Assembly: GCA_030167865.1 (NCBI GenBank)
Contig: JALAGF010000281.1
Location: 1-52,154 of the forward strand
DNA: 52,154 bases
Direction of reading: 5' to 3'
Source: Craspedostauros australis
Taxonomy: Eukaryota
The notes below the pieces were generated by a model. That model saw only the letters and a list, made by a program, of their open reading frames with translations. It did not search any database and had not been told where the DNA came from. This document shows, in pieces, positions 22,448-33,654 of this stretch; the stretch's first letter is position 1, and every line of letters begins with the position of its first letter. A program made the position numbers and the translations under genes.

Positions 22448-24511
22448 TGTCACTGGTTGTTGTTTGTTGTTTGTTGTGTCTTGCTCTTGTTTCTTGGTCG
22501 TATTTCTTGCTTGCCATTGGTGCTTGGTGTCTATTTCGTGCTTCCCCTGATTTGTGTGTTTCTCTTTCTCTGTCCACTCTTGTGATTCTTTTTCTTTTTT
22601 GTGTCGTTCTTGCTGCGTTGAAATGGGTGCGATGTTCCCAATTCTTCTCGTTTCTTGCTTGCTTGCTTGTTTGCTTGGTTGCTTGCTGGTTGCTTGTTTG
22701 TTGGTCTCTCACTGTTGATCTCTCGCTGCTGATCTACCTGCTGGACTGTTTCCAACGCCCACCCGTTGTTCGTACTCTCTTGGTATGTGGGATTGTTGAT
22801 CTTCCTTCGTGCGCCGATCGTTGTTGTGTCCCCTTTGCAACGTCGCCCTGCTTTGATCTTTCCCTTGTGAACTTTTTGTGGTACTGGCAACAGCCATCCC
22901 TTTGCTGCTTACCCTGCGAACCCGAGGACGAGCGCGCTTGTCACCGAATGATGCGAAACGTTGTGAATGGTGTTGGCGAAGCCCGTCGTTGTGCTTGTGC
23001 GAGTAATGCGAACAACGGCGCCAACACCCAACACACACACGTACACATGCACACACATGCACGCTCAACACCGACGAGAACAGCGGGTCTGCCATAGCCA
23101 GGCCGGATGCGTCACAACGTCGAGGCATCAACGTTGCGAAGTACGCCAACATCGACCGCGCGCGATACGCACTGCAGCGAAAGCGGCAACAACACACCAA
23201 CAACACCAAGATCACTTGCACAGCCAAGACCAATTCCATGACTGGGCGCAAACGCAGCGCCCTTGTGAAGCGCCGCGCGTAAGCTTTTCGTCCCTGAGAC
23301 AGAAAGGATTCCGGGAATGTGAGAATTGCGAACTTTCTACCTCACCCCCGCCACTTAAATGTCCAACATCCCACTGCCCACCATTCTTTTTGTCATCTTG
23401 GTTACATTCTCATTGGTCCCGCACTGATCCGTCGCAAAGTCACCACGTCGTTCTCACAACTTCCTCACTTTCTCCCCCTCTCCTCTCCTTTCATCTCCTT
23501 TCATCTGGTTGTGGAATAAGACAACATGAGCTTCCTGAACTCCACTCAGCTCCATTGCACGTTGCTGGTCGTACCTCTCTGTCCATGAGAATATCTCTAC
23601 GCTGCTCTCCTCTTTCGCGATATGACGTTTGGCTGCAACCGTCTCCAGCTTTGAGCCATGATCGTGGAGATATCGTCTCCATTCAACTTCAACAGTTACC
23701 CCTCTCAGTTTTGAGGAGTTCCTTTCCGCCTCTTTCCACATCGCAATCATCACTTCACATCCTTCGGAGCTTCAGTTCTGTTGGCACAGCCATCGGACCG
23801 TCCGATCTCGTCCACAACATCAAACTCTCCTTTCCGGCAATCATCAACATCATTGGCATTCAGGGCGGCCTCTCTGTCATATCTGTGACTGCAAGCACAA
23901 AGTAAGAACACTGATACGATAGACCAACGCCAACACCAACAACGGCACCAAACAACATCGGCACCATCCAACTTTCCTATTCGTGAACTTTGCCTCCATG
24001 GATGCAAACGTTCATGATCTTACGTAGAGCCGGTTCGCAGCCGCAGCCCCTCGACGCCACAACTCTGCCCCAAGGCTACCAATATCATTTATCTAAATTA
24101 GCCCAAAAGTTCTGCCCACATCCCGCGAGCAACAACAGCCTTTCGTGGGCGTGCGACTTAGCGGAACAAACCCGCTTTTGCGGTCGTATAAATGATGAAC
24201 ATAGAATGTCGTCTTCACTGTCGCTGGACAATCTCAATCCTTCACGCTACGAACTCGGGTTTGGAACAACCAAGATCGGATGTCCACAACTATCAGAAAA
24301 CGAACTTCAGTGCCATGAACCCCCGTTTCACCTTCGAATGAACAAACAGACACACAGACAGACAGGACACAATTTGCAACTCCACGATCCCGAAAACAAA
24401 AACGGTTGGCGATCTGCGTTTCGCCCAGCGTTCTGGCTCAGCGCCTCATCCCCTCTTTCGTCCGCCCCAGAGAGAGGTATCACATTTCACCCCTGCTCTG
24501 CTCCGCTCTAC

Positions 24512-24555
24512 TGGAGTACTCTCATGGAGTACTCTCATGGAGTACTCTCATGGAG
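24512..24555 (+). repeat. Tandem 13-mer (TGGAGTACTCTCA) x about 3.4
   Basis: Read directly. Each unit contains the palindrome GAGTACTC. Confidence 0.9.
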
Positions 24556-25626
24556 AAAATCATATTCCCGCCGGGTCATGGGGCCATTATACCTCCTCGT
24601 ACGAGCTGTGCTGCTGCAGGGACGAGAGGGACAACTTGCTGCTCCGCGATCATGGACAAGTGACACCTGCCACACCACACAGGCCAAAGCAGCAATGGTC
24701 GTAGCAATAAATATGGCGACAGGAACAAGGAACAAGGCCCAAGATCGCGCCGACTCACACTGAAACTGTGATTGCAGACTCCGTTCCGAATGACACAAAG
24801 TGCAAGACATCATCTACCTGACAATCCCATCATCCGACCCCGCCGCTGAGTCCGAGTACAACACGGTCTCCTCTCTTCGCACTCGTACCTCTGTACCGTT
24901 CTCGCTTTGTCCGTCTTTGTGCTTCACAATCAATGACGGCTGAGTATTCTCTACAACGCCATCCCCTTTTTCTCCCTCTCTCTCCCTCTCTCTTTGCGTA
25001 TCGTATCTGCGTCCGTCTCCGTTTCTCTGCTATCTCTCTCTGTTCGCGCGGCAAATCCAGGTTCACTTCCGTTCCCGTCGTGTTCTTGCGGTCTTGGCGT
25101 GGACATGGTCTCCCCAACGAAAAGCTCCATCGTTTGCACGTGCGTGCACATGTCCACGTTATCGACATCCATGGTACCAACTTCGTTGAGCTCCGTGTTC
25201 CAATGCCGCGGTACTATTCAGGTATAACGAACCGTTATATTGACGTTTTCAGCTTCGTTCGAATTCGCTCACACAATTTCCCTCAAACCAACACATGCAC
25301 CCAACGCGACTCTTTCCGACGCCGCCGCTGGTGCGATTGCTCTACAAGCACTCCACGAGTTCAAGGCAAAACGTTCGACAGCAGCATCATATAATACGTA
25401 CAGTGCATATGATCGCCGTCTGTGTGATGTATATGAATACCCATGTATAGGTCGTAATACGACACAATGTTACACCCGATGTGAGTGCTGACGCCAGGCT
25501 CATACTTCGCTGCTCTCTGGAATGTTGGTAGAACGTCACGATGCTCTGGAGGACTGCCGACTGTGAGCGTTCCCGCCCGCCCACCGGAACGACGTCAAGT
25601 TGAACCGCGCCGCCCAGAGGATAGCC

Positions 25627-28600
25627 TCACCTTTGCGGGCAGCCATCGCAGCACGTGCACCTGATGGCTGGTGTGCAATCAGCGCTCAGGATTTCCAGAA
25701 CTCCACGCCCTCGGCTGCAAAACATCCCATCCAGATCACCGAACATGAAATTGCCCTCTGCGAATCGGAGTGAATCAATGGTGCAGTATCAGATGTAAGA
25801 AGAGGAGAGGACAGCAGAATAGATTAGAGCAGTGGAATCGAGACCAGGCGACACAAAATCAAGGAAACAACGATGAGTGATTGTGTGAGTGACATACTCG
25901 TCCCAACAGCGAAACTGGAAGCACGGCAGAGTCGAAAGAGCGAGAGGAAGAATGATAACACCATCCAAGGCCACAGTGGCGACGACGGTAGCGACAACGA
26001 TGAAACGCCCCCGTCCCTTCCCATCCGCTTACCAAGCTTCACCTTTTCGGTATTCACAAGCCTGGACATGTCAGGGAACATCCCTGTGAATTCATTTGTG
26101 TCTGCAGTTGCATCATGAAGCAAAGCATGGTATAATTCGTAACGAGAAAGTATGCCGATCCAGGCGTATCCGCCGATATTTCGGGGAGGGAGAATAAGAA
26201 CAGACACGAAGGAACGAAAGAACGCATGGGTGAGCGAGAGCGAGAGAGCGAGTGCATGGATCTTGTCAATGATTCAGGTTTAAGCCAGAACGAACAGAAC
26301 GATTGGATCATTGTACACCAGCTGCTGCCGCGAATGTCAGTATCGCCACGGTCGGCGTCAACCACACTGTCGCCACTGTCACCAGCATGACATGAGGCTG
26401 CGAAACATCTTCGTCACAAACACAGGCCTACTCACCGACTGCCAGGTCAACAAGGGTAGTGAGATTGCCAAGCAAGGCGGGCAGCGTCCCATTGAATTGA
26501 TTGCCGCCAATGTCCAAGGCGCGCAAATTCGAGAATGCGCTGAACGTGGATGGTAGCGGTGACTCGAGTAGGTTGGAGCCTAGCAATAAATGCATCACGT
26601 TTGCAAGATTCCCGAGCTCCGTTGGCAAGGTGTGGTACAGAGAGTTGTGCCTTGCGTCGAATTCGAGCAGATCGGTGAGATATCCAATCTCGGATGGCAT
26701 GGATGACTCCAATTCATTCCTGCTCAGCTTGAGGGTCTTCAGTTTGACCAGACGTCCAATCTCTGTGATCAACTCCCCCCTCATCGTCGCGGATGCTGAG
26801 GATGACCAAACAGTGAGACGGCCGTTGGCAGATATAGAAAATAAAACAACAGGTGCGCGGTTGTTTCGAGTATGATAGAGAACGAAAACAAATGATTCAA
26901 AGTGATAAAAGCGGGTAAATGAGCGAATGAGTAGATAGGAAAGCAGACCGGAACACAACAAAGCGGGGGGAGGCCATGATGCGCAGTTCCGTATTTGTAG
27001 AAAAGCGCGCGGGACGGGTACTCTTTTGGTTGCGCCCCGCTAATCGACGCACTGATAGCATCATTCCCGTACCACACCATCATCACCGTTACCTTCACCA
27101 CCGCCAGAACACTGATTCACATCGTGAAGCACTTACCCAAATCTAGGTATTCCAGATTTGTCAGGTTCGTGATGTAGAGCGGTATCTCAGTCTGCACATC
27201 ATTTTCCGCTGTACTCGAATGTGAAGTCGGCAAATGTTCACGGTGCTCATCCAAAGCGCAGACGCATCGATTTGATTGCAGCGTGGCAGTTATGACAGTC
27301 ACGTTGAAGACGACGACGATGACGACGACGAACAGCAGCCAGTAGTGGAGTACGAGTACAGATACGAATGAGAAAGGCAGAGTACAGAGACGAGTATGAG
27401 CAAGTAAGTCCATCGTCGATACCAAAAGCGAAGCAGCGCCAGCAAGCCAACCCAATCATCGTTGGTCTCCATGGTTCCATCTTCGCTTCTCATCATAACA
27501 ATGCAGATGTGCAAATCATCACAAGTCAAACAGCGCATCAAAATCATTGACTATCATCAACGCAGGCATCAGCACGCATGCAGAAACGCACGCTCGCGTG
27601 CACACTTACCGAAGTCCAACTGTCGAAGCTTGGTCAATGCCGCAAATTCGGTGGGTAGAGTCGTGCGAAGTTTGCTCCGATGGAAACGAAGGGTCGTCAG
27701 TTCCGTCAGTAATCCGATCTCGGTGGGTAGTTGTCCAGACATCTCCAAACCCCCGATAAACAATAGTGATGTCACAACCGACTGCTCCTCTTCGCATGAC
27801 ACGCCGATGTTCAGAACCTCGCTTGAATCGGTGGTCGAGTTGTGGATCAAGCCCTGAGTGTTCCAATCGCAAACATGGGAAGCCTCCATGAACGGCAAAG
27901 GGTCGCCATTTTGAAAGTTCGCCAGATTCCATGATTTTGGTCCGTTCGTCGCAAAGTAAATGAGCGCGATGATGTATCGCTCGGCCAACGCAACGTCACT
28001 GGGATCCAAGACGGCTGGATCCTGAAATGCCAACCAGCGCGCTGCCTGGAACTCTGCTGTGTTGTTTACCAGGGATCGCAAAAGGGAGTAATCAATGCCA
28101 CCTTCATATGCCTCCGAAGGGAACGAAGGAATGCGACTGGCGTTGTATACGGTGGATGCCAATGCTGCTTCGATATCCTCGAAACGGCCGAAAGCTGTGG
28201 GCGCCAAGGTGGGTGATGCAGTCGCCGGTGCTTCTGTTGGCTCAAGTGCGACTGCAGTGTCGTCGCCCCCACTGTCTCCGTTGAGAGATGCTGTGGATAG
28301 AACAGCGATCATGATCACGACGGCGATGATGAGGAAGGAGCTGCAGCAGATGATGGCCTTCCATGTGTGCTTCCATCGCTTCCCTCGTCTCCATAATCGA
28401 ACGACGGCGTTCTGTTCCGTACTATCTGCGCTGTTGTCGTCAACGTCATCGTCATCGCCCCGGTTGGGATCATCCGCGTCGAGAGAATCCACGCTGCCGT
28501 TGCGGTTGCTAAATGCACCCATCGGATCATTGCTGTTTGGCGATGCCACGGCGTTGGGATTGACTGCCATCTCTGGTGGGATGCTGTTGGGATGACCGGT

Positions 28601-31600
28601 GCCCTGGTTGTGTTGCGAGGCTGCCAGAATCGGTTGAAACCGTTGACTTGTGGATGCGTGAGTGGCGGACGTCCTGTTCGAACGCATCGACCCGCTGCGA
28701 TAGCTTGCGGATAGTTGGTGCTGATTCATTTGCAGTTGGGATGCCATGGAGATTCGGGCCACGTCCGTTTGAAGATTCAGATCGCCATCTCCATCTCCAT
28801 CGGCATTTGCGTCATCGTCGCCGTTGCCGTTGCCGTTCACACCGTCTATCGTTAACATTTGCTGCGCTTCGGGGATGCTGGGTTTGCTGCGCCGAATGCC
28901 ACGATCGCCGATCACGGCGAATGCGCCTGGTGTTTCCGGCAAAGCAACCCGCGAAATCAAGAGCCGTCCATTTCCGCCGCGTTGTTGCTGAGGATCGCCG
29001 GCAGCACCAGATGCCGCTGTTCCTGGCTGAAGCTGTTGTTGTTGTTGCTGCTGCTGCTGCTGCATCTCATGTTCATTTCCTCCTGCATAATATGGCGAGT
29101 TCGGCATCGCCGCTACGGACGGAACCATGGCCATGCTCGTGGCATTGTCCGATTGACTGGTCCTTGCATTGAACGACTTTTGCACCAATTCGTCTTCCAT
29201 CGAGATCATCGATCGAATACCTGAATCGGCACCGGCAGCCGAGGAGGACGGCCCCGCGCCGGAGTTTTGGTCGTTGAGCGGGATGACTGAAGCGGCCGAA
29301 CCTGGTTGCGAAGATGATACCGGTCTAACCATGGTGGATTTTTCCATGAGCTCTGTTTCGAGGTTGTGCAACGATCGACGGCGATCATCGTCTGTCATAT
29401 TCATGGCAGTCCCAGTAGTAGCCGCCGTAGTAGTAGCAGCCGCAGGAGGAGGAAGAGTCGCCGATGTAGATGCCCCCATTTGTTGCTTGTTTGCGATTGC
29501 GGTCTCGAGGTCGTGCAATGATCGACGCTGGCCATCGTCTGCTGTGTTGGTCCCAGCAGCAGCCGCCGCAGGAGCAGGAGGAACAGCTGGAGGAGCCGTT
29601 GATGCTGATGCGGATGCCCCCATCTGTTGCTTGTTCGCAATGGCCGTCTCGAGATCGTGCAACGATCGGCGTTGGCCATCGTCTACCATACTCATGGCAG
29701 CCATAGCAGGACCGTCAGCAGGAGGAGGAGCAGGAGCATTTGGTATGGATGCATCCATTTGCTGTTTGTTCGCAATTGCGGCTTCGAGATTGCGTAGAGA
29801 CCTCTCTGTGCTGGGATGAGGGCCTGCAGAAGACGCAAACCTCTGCGAATATTGCGTCTGCCGTGCGGATCTCGACGACGGTGGCGCTTCTGCCGCGACT
29901 TTCTCAAGGATGTCGGCCTCTAATGCATGGAGCGATCTCTGCGTTGCCAACGGCACTTGGTGGGACGGGGTGTGGGCCCCCCTGATGGAGAACGCGCCCG
30001 GCGTGGACACCGCTGATGCGTCATCCACAGCCTTTGGTCTCATTCGGATGGAACCAGCGACCGCCTTCTCCATGATCTCATCTTCTAGATTGTGCAACGA
30101 TCTTCTTTCTGGCCCTTGCTGGTTGGAATCAGAGACCATAGTGGAGGCAATCGATTCATTCGCATCGTTCGTCAGATTGTGTGAGAGTCCATTGGTCAGG
30201 GCTCTGTCATCTGAGAATGAGCGTGGCGAGGCAGGTGGATAGGGCGACACCCTATGCGGTGGTTGCATGTGCGGGTCTATGGCTGCAGTGTCATGGGGGG
30301 CGGCATGGTGTGTCATGTTCCTGCCGTCGTTGTGATCGTCGATGTGATGCGTAGGATGCAGATACTGGTTGTATGGATGATATTGGCGATACTGGTTCTG
30401 AGGATCATCGTACTCGTATGATTGAGGGCCACTGTACGGCTGATGCGTGGCATGTGTCTGAGGATTGTTTGATCTGCGATCCTGACCATGATCATGATGT
30501 TGGTTGTACCCTTGTTGATGGCCATATCTGTTCGCGTATGAAGACGGGTACGAAGACGGGTACGAAGACGAGTATGGGTGCGGGTACCCATGCGCATCGT
30601 CCACATCCTGTTGAAGACCCTGCGGATTGTTGAAATCTCCGTTGTGATTGTGATTGTTGCTGTTGGCGTTCGAGTTGTAGAGATCATCGACGATGTGCTG
30701 CGGCAAGTCCGTCATCGACAATCCTTCATCGCTGATGCGTTGCGGACGTATGTGATTTCGGAAGAAGGATTGTGACGAGATCGACTGCAGATACGATAGC
30801 GACCCTGCGGATATGTTGGATTGCGAGCCTGGGGTGATGCCTGTTTCATACGAGCCCGCGGACTGCGATTGGGACATGGATGTTGACATGGATATGGACA
30901 TGGACATGGCGAGCGAGTCGAGTGTGATGCTGGAGTGGCGGCCAGTTTCCGGGTGCGTCGGGGGTGGTTGATCCATGGGACGGTTTCCTTCCTGGTGTCG
31001 ATATGCATGTTGCTGCTGCGGCTGGTAGTGTTGTTGCTGCTGGTGATCCAAGTGTTGTTGCTGCTGTTCTTCATATTGAAACCGCGGCTGCTGCTCATAT
31101 TGCATTTGTTGCTGATGATATAGTTGTGCATCGGGATCAAAGCTTGCGCCCGTACCTCGTGCGTGATCCGCCATGTTGTGGTCTGCATATTCGTACAGAT
31201 GTGGATCATGCGGTATGTACTGTTGCATATTGGTGGCGTCAAAAGAATCAGGTTCCGCATACTGCTCATGCTGCATGTCGCTGTCCAGGTTCGCGCCATC
31301 ATGATGGGCAAATTGTTGCTGTTGTTGCTGTTGTTGTAGTTGTTGTTGTTGCTGTAGTTGTTGTTGATATTCATCATATTCACGCTGCTGCCATTGCTCC
31401 GCCATTCTTTCGTCATCGTTCATGCGGACCGCATCCAGATCGTGATCGTCCGGTACGTTTTGGCCTGAATAATGATCAACCGCGTTGCTGTCGCCATCGT
31501 ATGCATAGTCCCTCACATCCGCAGACAAATCTGCGTCTGTGTTGACATCCGCAATGACATCCGCATGAGCAGAATGATCTGCTGAGCTACCGATAGCGAC

Positions 31601-31756
31601 CGACGATTCCTCCGAGGCTGATTGCTGGTTGTGAGCATCATCGATTCGACCGAGCGCTACATCCTCCAAGTGGTCGGCATCCCCGTGGCTGTCAGCGCTC
31701 CCACCGACGACCTCCGAAGCTGACGGCGTCGACGCAGATGAAGCAGCAGAATCCAT
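25627..31756 (-). CDS. Type II single-pass LRR receptor-like protein, 5 exons: complement(join(25627..25757,26033..26101,26436..26795,27137..27208,27610..31756)), about 1592 aa
   Basis: ATG at 31756. Long Q/H/S-rich cytoplasmic N-terminus, basic stretch plus TM helix (AIICCSSFLIIAVVIMIAVL), PT-rich stalk, N-cap (QAARWL...ERYIIALIYFATNG...W...HVCDW...GVSC), about 9-10 plant-type 24-aa LRRs (LPTEIGLLTEL) and C-cap LSADCTPAIRCTCCDGC before TGA. All four introns are GT-AG, phase 1, and keep the frame. Confidence 0.88.
25758..26032 (-). other. LRR gene intron 4 (phase 1)
   Basis: Donor GTAAGC at 26032 and acceptor TCGCAG ending at 25758. The following exon encodes the Cys-rich C-cap and the stop. 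Confidence 0.85.
26102..26435 (-). other. LRR gene intron 3 (phase 1)
   Basis: Donor GTGAGT at 26435 and acceptor CTGCAG ending at 26102. Confidence 0.85.
26796..27136 (-). other. LRR gene intron 2 (phase 1)
   Basis: Donor GTAAGT at 27136 and acceptor CTCAG ending at 26796. Confidence 0.85.
27209..27609 (-). other. LRR gene intron 1 (phase 1)
   Basis: Minus-strand donor GTAAGT at 27609 and acceptor TACAG ending at 27209. Confidence 0.85.
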
Positions 31757-32124
31757 TGTGGAGATGTGCGGAGATGCATGAAGGTTTGGAGGCGCAATAC
31801 TATTGGGCACTGCAGTACTCGGAAGCTGCCACAACACAATCAAGATTCAATCTCAATTGTGTTCGACAAGTTGTGCGGACGGATGGAAAGGGACGCAGCT
31901 GCTGGAAGCCACCGATCAAGGGATCCTCGTCCTGGCGACCTTGGCTGGTGTGCTCTGTCTCCGTATCTATCTGTATCTATCTCCCCCTGCCACTGCCGCC
32001 GCAAGGATCAGTGTGTTTGTTTGCAGAAATGGAAACGAATGTCGTCTGCTGCTCTGCTCTGCGTTGCGCTGCGCAATGTTGCGCTATGCCGTGGTAATCG
32101 TCAAGAGGAGGCTTTCCGGTTTGG

Positions 32125-32160
32125 TTGACCTGCCTGACCTGCCTGACCTGGTTGACCTGC
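32125..32160. repeat. Four TGACCTG cores at 9-bp spacing upstream of the LRR gene
   Basis: TGACCTG at 32126, 32135, 32144 and 32153. Confidence 0.8.
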
Positions 32161-33654
32161 TAACAAAGGACGAGGAAAGCAAGGGTGGCCCTCTCTCCTC
32201 GTGGAACAATTCCAAGCGCTTGTGCCAGTGATCTTGCGGGAGATCTTGCAGATGATGACAAGCTCGTTGGCTTGTGGTATCGCAACCGCTCTGTTGTTCT
32301 CGATGACGATAATGTTGACGATGATGTTGACTCTGTCGTTGTTGTCGTTATGGCCGTCAAGGAGCGTGGCTCTGCTTGTTCGCAGTCGGACGAGTGGACT
32401 CCTCTGCCATCCCCTTCTCTCTTGGTCCTCCGTGACACTCTGCAAACAGAGAGAGAGAGGACTCGTATTGGTGCACGTGCACTATGATTTATACCCTCTG
32501 TCCACAGATATCGTGATGTTGTGATGGTGGGGCGCTTGTGCGACTACGACTATTAGGCAATTTAAATTAGTTCGATCTATGGGCGACCTCCATTGTTCAC
32601 ACCAACAGAAATGCAGTCCACGGCATCAGCGATGATGGTAGCGACGCAAAGAACACCAGAAATCTGCACAGAAAAAGAAATGCCCAAATCAACGCCACGA
32701 CACAAAGACGCGCCATCGTGCCACTCAGCCCGCAACGGTTTGGCGCGACACTCCCGTCTCCATTTTCTTCGCTCCGTTCGCAACCAGCTTTTCTGCATTC
32801 GCTTTCTTCGCGAACGTTCTGCACGAACCACCACGCGCTTCGTGCGGTCATTGCAGTGACATCATTCAGGGGAAACGGGAAACAAGGAGGGGGGCATTCC
32901 CGGGACAGATCTCAGCCAGATACTGGTATATATGCCTTCCGTGATTCGACCTGTTCCGTCATGACGTCATCAAGTGTCGCTTCACGCTGTTGCCGCCAAA
33001 CTTTTGTCGTCACAAAATCTTCCACGAACGAAATGCGATGCATGTTACCTCATCACATCACGTCGCGAAGACAAGGATGAGGCTACCAACGTCCGCGAAG
33101 CACAACGATAACATCTTCAATCCTTGCAGCAGGTTACGCTGAGCAATGGATTCCAGCATAGCATAGTATTACAGTATACTCTGGACTATTGGTGGGTACC
33201 ATACCATCTATTGTACTACAATACAATAGTATTCATAGCAACGGCACTCCTGGATGTAAACAACAGGGGAAGATGAAACGCAAGCTCGTCGCCGTCCCCT
33301 CAATCTCCAAATATCTCATCCGCGAGGCTTCACAACAACCAATGACGACCGTCCAATTCGCACATCCCTTCTCTGTTCTGTCTTTCACGGACCCTTGGCG
33401 GCAACCAAAAAACCCAATAAAGTCCTATTGATAGGCCCAATCCAATCCTGTCCACTCTCATTCGGACCACGCCAGCTTTCCAGTTTGCTCCGTCACATAG
33501 TACTCCACCCAACACAACACCACACCGCTGGCTGCTTCGCAAGATTGCTTCATGTACCACGCTCTTCAAGTGCTACTCAAGCGCTATTCAAGTATCATTA
33601 TGGGCAATACGTATGTTATGATACTCGTGGTATCAGCAGCCGCCTTGGCATGCG

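Noticed and set aside
22967-24763. Plus-strand ORFs of 312 and 257 aa in the PDE-LRR spacer, or a possible transposon relic
   Set aside because: No domain, codon bias, terminal repeats or transposase/RT motifs recognised. It cannot be fully excluded without a search.
29470-29810. Direct DNA repeats with spacers, superficially CRISPR-like
   Set aside because: In-frame coding duplications of the RSLxxLE motif in a eukaryotic gene, with irregular spacing and no cas genes.
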